DNA of 64,000 bases, from positions 121,336,001 through 121,400,000 of the forward strand of contig NW_024704742.1 of NCBI RefSeq assembly GCF_018977255.1, written 5' to 3'. Every line of letters starts with the position of its first letter. The first letter of the stretch is position 1. Under the pieces are notes generated by a model. The model saw only the letters and a program-made list of their open reading frames with translations, did no database searches and was not told the DNA's origin. Below, one piece after another: positions 26,553 to 39,405 of this stretch. The position numbers were made by a program, and so were the translations under genes. Origin of the DNA: Callorhinchus milii (taxonomy: Eukaryota).

Positions 26553-29112
26553 GCAGCTCATGAAATAAATAGTCAATTTTATTTAGGGGACTGTTGGCCA
26601 GGAAACCTTTTGCTTTTCCAGTAGTGCAGTGGAATCTTTAACATGCACCTGAACATACAGGAGCTGGTTGGATGGCACTTTGAACAACACACACCCCCTC
26701 ACGACTGCATTGCTTACAAAATACGCTTCACAGTAAACCTTGAAATGCTTCGAGACATCCTCCTGATATGAAAGGTGCCAAATAACAAATGCAAAGATTA
26801 TTGTTATTGTCATCAACAGCACCAACACATTATTTAGCACCAGACATTAGGCCCAAGACTAGCTGCTGCAAATAGGAGATCTGAAATCCTAGGATAAGTG
26901 ACTGACATTGGCTCATCAGTTATCAGATCTTGATCTCTTCCAGACTGGGGAGTCAGCTGTTGTCGGAACCTTCCCGAGCACTTGTCCCGTGTTTGGGGGT
27001 AAATTAAGACACGGTCAGCCAGCAGGCACCAGGATGAATGACTGAAACATACGCTCGCAGGCTGTGCTGTCGGCCAGGCTTTAGTAAATATACAACAATT
27101 GCTTTCAACAGAATTCCATCCCGAAGAGAATCCGTTAGTAAGCCACTCTGAAGGAGAACCTCAGCTGGAAAAATAGAAAAAAGCCCATTTCTTCCCCCAC
27201 AGTTTGGACACAAGGCTGAGGAGAAAATGACTGGGTTTTGTTTCCCAAGGACATGAATCAGATTGACCCTATAATAGCATTAGTAGAATTAAAAACAGAG
27301 AAAAACAAAGGAAGAATCCTTCTATAATTTACCAGTCATTCAGGAAATGAGGGTTTTTATCCAGCACAAGAGCACTAGAGAAGTCTCAAGAATCTTCTTA
27401 CTATTCAGGTTAAACAAGACAAAGACCCAGTGAGACAATGATTAGGTAGTACTGGGAATTTGTATAGAGTAATTATTATTATTAATAAGTAGTAATAATA
27501 CTGAATAATACTAAACAGCTGCTCTCACATTCAGGCAGCAAATGTCCATCACAGTTCAAGTCAGTACACCCAGCTTAACCAAAAAAAGGCTAATTTTCCA
27601 CATTAGTCCCAGCACTTTACAGCCCTGGCTGGCATTCTTGAATTAAGAATGCCAAAATCTAATTTCAAGGCTGGGTCCAAAAGCTATGTGTTGGTTCAGG
27701 ATAGGTTTAAAAAAAATCAACCACAAATCTAGAAAACATTTTAAATTTAGTGTCTGAATTGTAAAAATGAGTACACTAAAAATAATGTCCACAACAACAA
27801 CAACATTACATTTGTATAGCGCCTTTCACGTCGGGAGGATGTCCCAAGGGAAGGAGAGGGAAGAACATTCACAAATAAAAGTGTCACTGGGACCTATAAT
27901 GCAGCAAAAGGGACAACTCATTGCAAATTGTCCATACAAATCTCATTCACCAATTAAAAGCATCTGGACGACAGACTTTCTCAGGATCGCTATAATAAAA
28001 ATGTTCATTAATAAAAACAAGAGAGACTAGTGACCAGCTGGCAAGCTGGACTCGTCTCTATTACTTGTTTGCCCTCAACTGTTACACCATCATTCAGCCT
28101 TTACCTGGACAGCTACACACCTGTTCCACTGAAGCACAAGCTGATACAGATTGGGTTTTAGGTCTATTCACATGTTGATGGATGTTCAGTGGCGTACAGT
28201 GCAAACATACAACCTGACCAGTAAGTTCACCATAGTCTTAGGTGACCATTCACTATAGCATCTGAATTGCATGTCCACAGAAAGGAGAAGAAAGGTTAAG
28301 AGGAGAAAACAGTATTAATATTTACTGTCATTCTTAAATCAGTTTCAGATTGGTAACAAGCAAGCAGCCAACATTAGTAAAAAGCTGATGCAAGCATGTT
28401 TTTTCCCCTATAAACTGTTACAACCATTTTGTCCTTCCAAGTGTTTATAATTAACATTGCATCCTGAGCAAACTAAAGCTGTTTGATTAGTGACCACTGT
28501 GCCACTAAAATGTACCCTAAGGGACTAGGAGCACTCCAGACTTCAGGGATAATTAAAAGGGAAGGTTCCGCAAATGTGACTTGATAACCATAGCAACAGC
28601 AGAGAGTCCCGTGGATCAAAAAGCTAAATTTAAAAAATTAAGACAATTCCCTGAAATGACAAGTGTTCTGACAGAACACTATTGCAACACAAGAAAGTGA
28701 AACAGAAATGGTGTATGAGTAGCTAATTCCATCTATGACTTGAATCTATGAGTGAGGACCGTATGTCCAGATTCAGCCACTTGAAACCTCAAGAAAGACA
28801 ACTCAAAAGTGGAACATTTCTGGGAATTGAATGTTGCCCATCTAAAGAAATTGATTTGCTTTCAGTCAAAGGGTCTATTGCCCTGTCCACTCCCTTGATT
28901 CTGCGAACTTGGCCTGCGTCATAATCCCCTCCCATCATCAGTGGACAGGATTTCAGCGCTCTGCTCCTCCTGTTACTTTCTCACTAATTCCCTCTACTTG
29001 CTCTGCTTTCAAATCCAGTCAAAATCTCTCTCTCTTTGCTGTGCCTTCAGCTACCCTTCCTCTCCTTTATTCCCAATTCCCACCCCGTTCGGCTCCCACT
29101 TAGTCTTTATTA

Positions 29113-29282
29113 TAATAAATAATAATAATAATCCTTGCATTTGATATAGCAGCTTATCATGGCATTAAGACATCTCAAAGTTCTTTACAGTATATATTGT
29201 AAAGTGAATTAACTGTGTAGACTGTGGGCGAAACCAATTGCGCACCGCAATGTCTCACAAAAAGTATTGGATTGAGTGATCT
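29113..29282 (-). mobile_element. 5'-truncated young SINE
   Basis: (taa)n tccttgcatttgatatagc...gcgaaaccaattgcgcac. Confidence 0.8.
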
Positions 29283-29288
29283 TTTTTA

Positions 29289-29358
29289 TTTATATATATA
29301 TATACACACACATATATATATTATACACATATAATAATATATATATATTATACACACA
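29289..29358. repeat. Compound (TA)n/(CA)n microsatellite
   Basis: Seen directly. Confidence 0.85.
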
Positions 29359-29382
29359 ACCCTGTTGAAGGGCGCTATACAA

Positions 29383-29688
29383 CAATAATAATCCTTGCAT
29401 TTGATATAGCGCTTTTCACATCTTCTTGACGTCCCAAAGCTTTTCACAGGACAGACTGTAAAGTGAATTGACTGTATATTTGTGGGCGAAATGCAGCAGC
29501 CAATTGTGCACAGCAGTGTCCCACAAACAGTTGTGGATTGAAATGACCAATTTATTATCGTTTTTTTGAGGGATTATTATTAGGCGTGTGGAGTAAGGAA
29601 ACTTGCCCAAGGTTTCACCCTGCCGGGAATTGAACCCAGGTCTTTCGCTTACAAAACAAGTGCTCTAACCACTGAGATACAGGACTCC
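29383..29688 (-). mobile_element. Full-length short-form SINE inserted into an L2 tail
   Basis: Collinear with the 45166 copy; the flanks rejoin as tgaagggcgctat-acaa-aatacaagttgctgttgttg. Confidence 0.9.
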
Positions 29689-30459
29689 ACAAAATACAAG
29701 TTGCTGTTGTTGGTATATGAAAGCAAATTATTGTTGTTGTATTCTTGATTTCAGCTGGGCTGACAAGGGAGAAGACATGGTACATTACATTTCTGTACTG
29801 ACAAGAGTGAAAAATAAGAACTCAATCAATCTGAGGAGGTCAACACGCCCGGCTTGTGTTAGTAACAGGCACTTTGGCAGAGGTTGTGGAGTGAATCATA
29901 GGCCACTTTCATGCCTGAGAAATCTAAAGAGGGGCAAACCTCACAAAACATTTGCAAATGATAAAAAACCCAACAAAATGGGCAGATCTTAGCCGTGGAC
30001 AGCGACATGCTGACTCTTCAGAAACACCTTCACAATGTTGCTGCTATTCCTCGGCTATGACTGTCTAAAAATAAAGTGCGTGTGTCTGACACAGGTCGTT
30101 TCCAGCAATGGAAAATAGTTAGCCCACAATGTTACTGTGTACATCACATGTATTGCATTCAAAACACTCTTGTGATAAGGAAATATAAACTATGCAAAAG
30201 AAGGAATTAGGAAATGCAACTTTAAAATGGACAAAGAGGGCTTTGTTCTTCACATTTTTCTTAGGTACAAACAACTGTAGGTTAATCAGTAATTTGTCAA
30301 TTTTTATTTGTCATGTAATCATCTGTCCCTGTCCCCCCATTATACAATATTGTCCCCCCCCCCACCACACACACTTATTGGAACAGTTCATAAATCTCCC
30401 CATTCTTGAACAAAATAAGTGAATTTGGATAATTGATTAACATATCCATTCATATTTTG

Positions 30460-30810
30460 GAGTTGTTAGTGCACTCATTGTCTAGGCTTGGCCAACACGC
30501 CAATGAAGTAATGGGCTCTGCTACATTGTCAGAAGTGTTGTCTTTCAAATGAGACTTCAACCAAAGTTCAGTTCCCATCTACCTGTTCAAGTGGCACTAT
30601 TTGGGAGAACTTGGAATTTTTTTGGTGTCCTAGCCAACAATCCCTCAAGAGAAAAAAAAAGTCCTCGACTTCATGGTGACAGTTTACGGGACATTGCTAC
30701 GTGCAAGTAGGCTCCCACGATCACCTACAAATATACAGTTATACACTACAGTAAAATCTTAAGGGCTTTGAATGTGATAGAGCTATATCGAATGCAAGGA
30801 TCATTATCAT
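30460..30810 (+). mobile_element. Decayed SacSINE1-like Deu SINE
   Basis: ggtgtcctagccaac...gggacattgcta.gtgcaa...atatcgaatgcaaggatcattatcatt. Confidence 0.65.
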
Positions 30811-32304
30811 TGTTGCACTGTGCATAGACAAATACTGTACACTGAATACCTTCCTCCAAGCGCTCACGATACTGAGAGATCCAGTCAAATGTGTACAGAA
30901 CACAAGATATAATGTAGGCTTGAGAAGCCGTCTAGATTGATATGGTTAGACTTGCAGGCTGAAGCTCTCAAAATGCATTCAGAATTAGGCACCATGAATA
31001 GGTATGTCAGACTTGAGGACATGGCTATAGTTACACTATCGTGAACAAGAATTTTTTTAAAATACAAGACAAACCATACGACCATGTAGCCTTGAGGTGA
31101 TTGTGAACAATGCAATCCAACGTCATCTGAACCAGTTTAAAAACAGGAGCAGAATTGCTTTTGAAAATGCCCAAAGCAACATCTAAAACCAAGTTTAGGT
31201 CCATCATGTTCCACTGTAGGTCTTTCTGATATGACTGGATTTTGCACCATGTCCCGTTGCCACAGACAACGTTCATAAATAGGTTCTAACTCCACTGTGG
31301 CATGAAACACCTAGCCCGACTAATAATGAAAATAGTTACTGTCACACGTCCAAATACGAGCAACCATAATGTTGAGCGCTGGTACACCACAGCAAATACT
31401 CCGCACCAGCACTTTTTTTTGTTATACTGAGCCTGTCTGACCTAACAGCTGAATTTTGAAACGCTGGTTTTGATGCAGTAGTTCTCTGGCATTCAGACAG
31501 CAGTGCGGTACAGATACTGCTACAAGCGAGAACTCCTTAATACAGCAACGTTTAACGAGACGAGCTGCTGCTAATCACCGCTGCCAGCATTCTTAGCAGT
31601 GTAGCTGTATTAAGCAAGGAAGTAATGAGACGGTTATTAACCCCGCACCCCCTCCTCCTCAGCATCAACAGTACACACATACAACTTATAAACACACACT
31701 TCCACCCACACAAAGCCCCGCCCCTCTGCACTGCTGTTCTGGCCCTTAGCTGAACTGCCTGTGCTGACATCAGCCGACAACTCAAATAGCATTCCTAAAC
31801 ATATCAGACAAACCCACTGGTGGGAAGCTTAGAAAGCCCTCAGCTGTAGTGAAGAAAGCAAAGACTTGGCCGGGAGCCAGACTACTGAGCTAAGCATTTT
31901 GTAACGCACTTCCTTTTACTTAACAACTTACATAATGCCTCAGCCAAATCTAAATTTAACCCCCTGTGTCACTCGCTCTCTCCCCTCATGGGGCCACCAT
32001 GCACTCTCAATGAATCAAAATCCAATCGCCCACCTCTGAGCATTTACAGGAAAAGTGGCTTGAAGTGGATGCTCGTGGGGGCGTGGAGGAAATGCACTTA
32101 AATGTTAACCATTCATGTGCTGAATCATCAGAACATCAGGCTTGCATCCCGTTTTAGAAGATGGTTAGCGATAAAGAAGACTGAAAATCATACTGAACGC
32201 ACCCTTTCAACCAGCCCCAGGACGCGAGCAGTTCTGCACCATAGTTGCTATTGTGGCATTAAGAGCATGAAACCACAGCAGCAGTCTTTGTGAGTATCAC
32301 GCGG

Positions 32305-32665
32305 TCTGCCTCAGTTAGTAGCACTCTCACCCCTGCTTCAGAAGGTAGTGAGGACTTGAGATCCTAGTCCAGACTAACACTCCAATACAGTCCTGGGTAA
32401 GCACTGCAGTTGCAGAGGCATCATCTTTCGAAGGAGATTAAAGTGAGTCCATTTGCCTCTTCTTCAGGATATTAAAGATCCCATGACACTATATAAAAAA
32501 AGGAATTTCTTTTGGGTTCCATCCTCCAGATAAACTGGCTACTCACCTCATGGCTGCTTGCTATGCGCAAAATGTCTGCTGCTCTTGCCTACAAATGAGT
32601 CACTACACTGGTCAGTAATGACCAACTTGCTTTGAGACATTGCAACATGATAAGGCAAGTTCTTT
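32305..32665 (+). mobile_element. Decayed SacSINE1-like Deu SINE
   Basis: ctcagttagtagcactctcacc...ttaaagatcccatgacactat. Confidence 0.7.
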
Positions 32666-33812
32666 CAAATGAAAATAATGAGTTCCGCTAGCCGCCCTCA
32701 TGTAGATGAGGCATGTAGAAAAGGCGATTAAGAATTAAGTTTTAGTTTACGTGTTTCTTAAATAATTACACAAGGCGAGTTTTGTTTTTTGGGGCGGGGG
32801 AAGCGCAGAGAGGCAAAGAAAGGACAGTCATCAATGGAGACTCATCGAATCTTCATTAGATTGGGCATTGAAATATTACAACTTAAGATTTCATAAAGCA
32901 AACTCTTAAGATTCAAGACACTGCTGTGCGTACAAGTGTCGAACAGCAGATGTATATATACACAAGTGTGCTTAAGCATCATCTACAGCACTGCCAATGT
33001 GTGCAGTAGTATGAATATCTTAGTCAGGATATATTTAAAAAGTGAGTGTGCTCGTCTGGACATAGATGTTTATGTGGTTGTGTGACAGGGCAGAATATGC
33101 ATTAAGAGGCAAAAAATTGGGAGTGAATGAAGTTTCTCACGAACATTTCTACTGAAGCCAATAGAACATAAACTACCCCTTCCTTGGAAAAGGCCTTGTT
33201 TTCATTTTGTCTAAATACAAATTCAGTCATTTCAAATCACCACAGCACACATTAAGCCCTGGAGCAGTAAGAACGACAATTTCCCAGGCAGTCCAATCAC
33301 AGTCTCAGCTACATCTTTAAGGCAGAGGCTCAGCAAACACCAGATGCTTCCTCATGTCGGGAGGGGGGAGGGAAGAAATAGGATAGAGCATCACCTCAGG
33401 CTGATCGAACACTGCTGCCAACAGCTAGCAAAGCCTTTGAGAATTGAGGAAGGAGTAAGCTGATTTCATTGAAGTACTGCATTATGCAAGTGGTTATGAA
33501 AAGGACTAGGAAGCCTTCACAGAAAGGACAACTTCAATCCTGCCTCAATCTTCACTGTGCTGAAATGTGCACTCTTTCCCAGGACCTCGAGATTGTGTAG
33601 CTGTTTATGCCCTTCAGTCAATGCACAGTTTGGATAAAATCCAAATTTGGCTTCACCTAACCATCTCTTTTCGATTTACTGGGTTTCTTGGATGCTCTCT
33701 TTAGCTTTGGTGATGTGCTGGCACTATAAGCTGTTTGTTATATGAAAGGCGCTATATAGCTGGGAGTCGGTTGTCAAGCTTACTAATTGTTTTAAAAAAA
33801 CAGTTCATGTAA

Positions 33813-33930
33813 TTTACTGTGACAGTACACAGCAACCAAACAACACACAATAGACCATTTCACTTACTGTGACTGTACACAGCAATGAAACAGCACAGCA
33901 ACCAACATAGACCATTTACATACAGCAACA
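33813..33930 (+). repeat. Imperfect ~50 bp tandem duplication
   Basis: ttactgtgac.gtacacagcaa...atagaccattt occurs twice. Confidence 0.75.
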
Positions 33931-34084
33931 AAAAACCCATACAGACATCAATTTGATGCCCTAGCAGCTCAATGGTTAATCCAAGTGGCTTATTCGGTTT
34001 CCTGGCCTGGAGTCAAGAATTCAGATCCTAAACATCAATATCATCTTTGAACTCTTATCCCTCTACCTTGCCCTTTCCTTCCCC

Positions 34085-34228
34085 ATCTTCAGGTCGTACG
34101 TGAAGACCTTCCAATTCGACCGTGCCTACCTCCCCCTTCCCGCGGCTCAGTGTCGTGCTCCGCCACTGTCAAGTGCTCTGGGACCCTACCCGGGGTGAGG
34201 TACAATATATAAATGCAAGTTGTTGTTG
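34085..34228 (+). mobile_element. L2 3' end (family B)
   Basis: Homologous to 9330-9490; ends aaatgcaagttgttgttg. Confidence 0.65.
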
Positions 34229-35477
34229 CATTTACTGGTTTACCAGTATTCTTTAGGTCAACTATCAGAACAATCATCCCTCCCCATACCACTCAAGCAC
34301 ACCTCTTGCTGAAAGATTGACCCAATCTAAATAAAGAGGTTCTCAAACTGGGCCATATGGCTATCGTCTCTTCCAAGTAGTTCTGGAGTTCTCTTTTTTT
34401 AAATATAGGGGGGAGGGGAAGAAGGAAAATGAGAAAAAAATTACACCTGCATTAATTTACTGGTCTATATAATTTTACGAAATGATAAATCCCCAAATGA
34501 GTAATAATAATAATAATAATTAATTTGAGGCATCTCAAATCACTTCACAGAATATAATGTAAAGTGAACTGACTGTATATTTTGTGGGCGAAGGATTAAT
34601 ATTCTAGCTTTAACTCAGAATCTTGCTAAAGTCTCGGGAAATTGTATTTCACACGGAAAGGTGTCCCTTTTGGATGCTGAGAAGAAAAGACCATCTACAG
34701 TCCTGAGCTTGTGTTGCATTCTGCTCAGATACAACAATTGTCCCATGTTCCCAGAATCTAACAACAACAAATTACATTTGTTTAGCACCTTTCACGTTAG
34801 GAGGGTGTCTCAAGGCGGGTTTCATAAGCTCTATTTACAACTAAAATTACATTTACCATTAAAATGGAGATAAAATTATTGCTACAGAACATACAACCTA
34901 ACCTCAATCATTTCCACGGTGGCTCAATGGTAGACCAATTACCTGGCATATTTTCTATTGGTCAGCCTGAAGTCTGACAAATCCGAACCCATCACAATCT
35001 TTAAGAGTCTCAAAACAAATTACCACAGGTTCCACATATGTATGAAAGCTTCACGTTGTTTGGGGTAAAGTGTGCGCTCTCCCCCAATGAATCTCAATCA
35101 ATTTACCCAATTCTGGAGAATTACAGGTTGGCAAGTGTCAAGGTCCAAATGTGCATTGGTGTACTTAGTTTATCATTACAGCGCATTCGTATGTTTCCTG
35201 CCGCTTGTCTGGCTAAACCACTATTAGTCTTGCATCGTTATCAGGAGCCAAAGCACACCTCTTCCTAATAGATTGACAAGGTCCACTTAGCCAGACTGTC
35301 CAGTACATCAACAACAATGCCCTGGAGTTCTGCAGAGGACTACTAAAATCACCACAGAACATCAAAATCAATCGTTGATCCGTTACATGCAACCACAAAA
35401 TTAGGTCAGCCCCAATGTGGGATACTGCTTACCACCTCCTCCTTTCTCTTCCCATCACAAGGAGGTCACACCTGGCA

Positions 35478-35615
35478 GGTACCGAGCCATACAAACCAAG
35501 AAACTCCCAACACCGGATCCCTGGTTTCCACTAAGCAAGTGGATTCTCAGTCAAGAAAGCTATAGTCAGGGGGGAATTAGGCAGGAAAAAGCTATAGTTG
35601 CCATTCTGGTAACAC
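35478..35615 (+). mobile_element. Ancient SINE relic, AmnSINE2-like
   Basis: ggtaccgagccatacaaaccaagaaactcccaa...gatccctggt matches the recalled GGTACTGAGCCATACAGACCAGGAAGGTCCCAGGTTCGATCCCTGGT. Confidence 0.45.
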
Positions 35616-36809
35616 ATCTACTGGAATGTCTGATGCAGCATAGATTTCGAGACCAGAAATCCTTGGTTTGCCCAGTATAACTTTTCAAGTCATCTTGTGT
35701 TCCCAACAGTAATCAGAATCAAATCCAAACTATCTGTCCTGGTTAGCTACCCTTATATCTTCACCATGCTATCTGTCTTTCTCCCCGTCCCAAATAATCA
35801 GGCAAGCAGCTTTTCTGCTGGAATACACCATTGTAAAATATACCTCGGATAGAAAAAGTAAACTCATCAGCTCAGATGAGAATGTGCTGCAGCAATACCT
35901 GAATGAGCCAAGGTGAGATTTTAGCTGGAATGAAAGACAAGAAAAAGTGAAACATTTCAGCCTCTCCCAAAGAGAATTCAGGTGCACAACAATTATATAG
36001 TAAAATTCTGTACAGTGTCTGAATGTTTCAACTCACTCTGAAACACATTCACTTGCAAGAACACCCAGCAAGAGTTAATTCCTGATTTCTACCTAGGAGT
36101 TTCATTTCTGGAGTTACCCCAGATGATCTAATTTGTACTAAAGAGCACTATAACTTTTGGAGACGAAATGTACCTGTGATGTTTAGCATCATAGTGTGGG
36201 TGCAACATGATTCAACGGTGTAGTGTATTCCATGAAAGGAGAAATACCTGCACAATTCCCTCGGGAACATTTGTCATGGGTTATTCATGAACTCAAGATC
36301 ATCCACACTTGTGTTAAGACTTTGTATCGCACAAGTGCAGCTTATAAATTGATACCATGCATTTCCTCTACTTCTACAGATACATACAACTCTGAGATCA
36401 GATCTTTTCGTTGTACAAGATTTGTGGATCACTACTATTGTACATGTGTTACTACACAATTTGTGCAGCAAGTACTTTTTATAGCTATGCCACGCAACGT
36501 ATCTTGAAGTATATCACAACATGGGTATCTGCAAGGGGCTTGGGATGCTAACTTCAGCAATTTAGGGATGTGTGAAGTGACAGATTTGCTATGATTCTAA
36601 ACCAACTTTTGTGTCTTCGCCCAGAAAACGCTTCTGATTGTAATTCCACAATACAGTAGCACAATACCATAATTCCACAATACAGAACTCCACAATACAG
36701 TAACATCATGAACTAATACTATTTCGCTTTTTAGGCGTAAAGAAAATTGCACATTTGCTAGGAATGGCTAATATGAGGCAGCAGCACCTACTAATAAAAA
36801 TTTGTACAT

Positions 36810-36978
36810 CTGGTCACTCAATCCACAACTGTTTGTGGGACACTGCTGTACGCATTTTTGCCGCATTTCGCCCTCAAATTATACAATCAATTCAATTTAC
36901 CACATATTCTTTGAAGCACTTTTAAGACATCTCAACAACTTGATAAGGTGCTATACCAAATGCAAGGATTATTATTAT
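36810..36978 (+). mobile_element. 5'-truncated young SINE
   Basis: ggtcactcaatcca...gtttgtgggacactgctgt...aaatgcaaggattattattat. Confidence 0.85.
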
Positions 36979-37477
36979 CAATCAACCCCCACCTCAAAAG
37001 GTCACCCGTTTTTTAAAAAAAGATTCAAACATTCCTTATGCCCTTTGAATCAGATTGCAAGCTCCATTGCCCATTAGTGACAAATTATTGCTATTTTCAT
37101 GCTATGTATGGGTTTATGCTGACTAGGAACAGTTGAGGTTGCTTAAATTAATAATTTTGCTGAAGATCTTGTTATGTGTGGGGAAAGGGCAAAAGGGCAA
37201 CTGAGTGAAACACACACGCATATACACGTTTCATTCCATTAGTTGGTGTCAAGTCTGAAACCACACGTGAAACAACTGTGTTCTAGATCTACTGTGCATC
37301 TCGCTCCCTGACGTTTTGTTCAGTTTTTTTTAACTGTAGAGTTTTGCTAAGGACTTGCTGAAATACTGTGCAAAAGTCACTCACAAGTTTCACAAATCAA
37401 ATACTATGCCAGCCTTGTGAAAACCTCTACAATTAACCCAGTTCTTAGAATCATAGAAATAAAACATATTCAAGCCA

Positions 37478-37645
37478 GAATGGCAGGGGAGCTGGTTGCC
37501 TGGAGGTTGTTTGGTGAGGTCAGGATGCTGGATTCCTTTTTTTAAAAAATGCTTGATGCTGTGATGAGAAGACAGTAGGCTGCATGTTCTGGAAGGATGA
37601 GATCAAATGGGCCAAAGGGCTTTCCTCATCCAAAACAATCTTGTG
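37478..37645 (+). mobile_element. CR1 LINE 3' end
   Basis: gcttgatgctgtgatg...gatgagatcaaatgggccaaagggctttcctcatc resembles the CR1 3' UTR stem-loop region. Confidence 0.5.
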
Positions 37646-39182
37646 AAAGGCAAGAACACATGTTTTTTTCCTCAGTAAAGAACCAAGTCAATATATGATT
37701 CACAGGACATGCTGAGTCCACCTACAAAACACATAGATGCTGCATACTTTACAGTTCAACGAGTTGCATGTTTCGAGGACCTTCACATAGGATAAAATTT
37801 TGAAGTGTTGAAGTATATCCTTGAAATGCTTGAAGACGTAGTCCCGACGGGAAAGGATTATTATTATAATTCACTACAAAAGGGTCTGCTATACTGTACA
37901 GTGAATTTATGATCTGACTGAATTAACTAGAAAGATCTTTTGAATCCCTACCTCACAAATGATTGCTGAGAAAAGCTGCAACAGAAATACTGCAATAAGC
38001 CTTTATTAAAATTACAGGGGCATCAAAACAGGATGCTTCAGTAACACACTCTTCCTTTTGTGAATGCAATGCATTATTATACTGCACCTTACCACAAAAT
38101 TGCTAACAAAGCTCAAAATGTTATTTACCACCCACAGTACAGAAAAGCTCGTCCTGAATACAAAAGCAGTGTATGTGTGCATGTACACGTGTACGAAGTA
38201 GGAGAAAGAGAAATTGCACTATATTCAACTGGGAGAAATGAGGATTAACACTTACCTGCAGTTTCTATCTCACTGCTCACTCAAGTCATAATTCAGCAGT
38301 TATTGTCACCTGGAAGTGGCCACATACAATACAGTAAGAGTAGAGACTGCTGTCAAAGGTTGCAGAGGTACAATTTTCCCCTGAAACTGCAATGACTACT
38401 GTACACAGTATTATTAAATGGGAGTAGAGACCATTGAACACACAAATTTCCTGTGCTTCGGGAACAGAGTTCAGAGATAACCTTTTTAAAATGTGGCTTT
38501 AATCTTGCTTGGGTCAAAAGAAAGCCATTCAACTCCTTTATAACAAAACAACAACTTGCATTTATATAGTGACCTTTATGTGGGGTAGTGTCTCAGAGCA
38601 CTTTAGTCCTATTTGCCCCAGTTCCTATAACATTAAGTTGAGTGTGCTGTACATATTCATATTCAGCTGGGAACGTACAAGTTCAGCCACATTGGCACAG
38701 AAGTGCAAAAAGCTGGGAAGGGAAAAAAAGCGTAGAAGGGAAAGAAAATAGAAAGAGAGGTCTAAGAGAACACTTCTTTCATTTCCTTCAATGGTTGCCA
38801 CTCTCAAAACTTATCTCAAATAACCCAGATCTGAAAAGCAGTTACCAAAGACCCCCCCTCCCCTTTGTTGATCACAGCAGTTGAGGCTCAGTTCTCCCAG
38901 ATTGCACCAAGTTCTCATTAGTAGAGAAAGGAAACTTTGTGAAATTTGCTTTAATAGATTGTGCACAGAATAAGTCAACGGTAAGGATGCATGTCGGAGC
39001 TGTAAGCAGAAAGGTGGTGGTAATGGTTTCACGCATTTCATGCTGAGCTATTCTTTGGGAAAGGGAAGGCAGTTCTCCTTGGCGTTATACTGGCTTGGCA
39101 ACTGAATATCACAACCAAATCAATCCACTGGTCCAGAGTGGTCCTGACCCACCAGCATTGGGAAACTTGCCATACAGTGCTT

Positions 39183-39405
39183 TCAATGGCAAACTACACG
39201 GTTTTAGCTGGTTAAACTCCAGCAGTACCCCCAATACACACACTGGAGTTTTTAAGCCTGGTCTCTTGCCAAACTGCATCTAATACTCTCCGGAATTAGA
39301 TAAGCAGGGCATGTCCCCTCCAGGGAGAGCTTGTGTTCCATTCCAGACATGAGAATTTCCATGCGCAGGTGGCATGCACAGAACTCAGTCTGGTGTGGAT
39401 CGCCT
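39183..39405 (-). repeat. Unclassified dispersed repeat, copy A
   Basis: Reverse complement aligns with 42920-43150 and 46560-46755. Confidence 0.85.
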
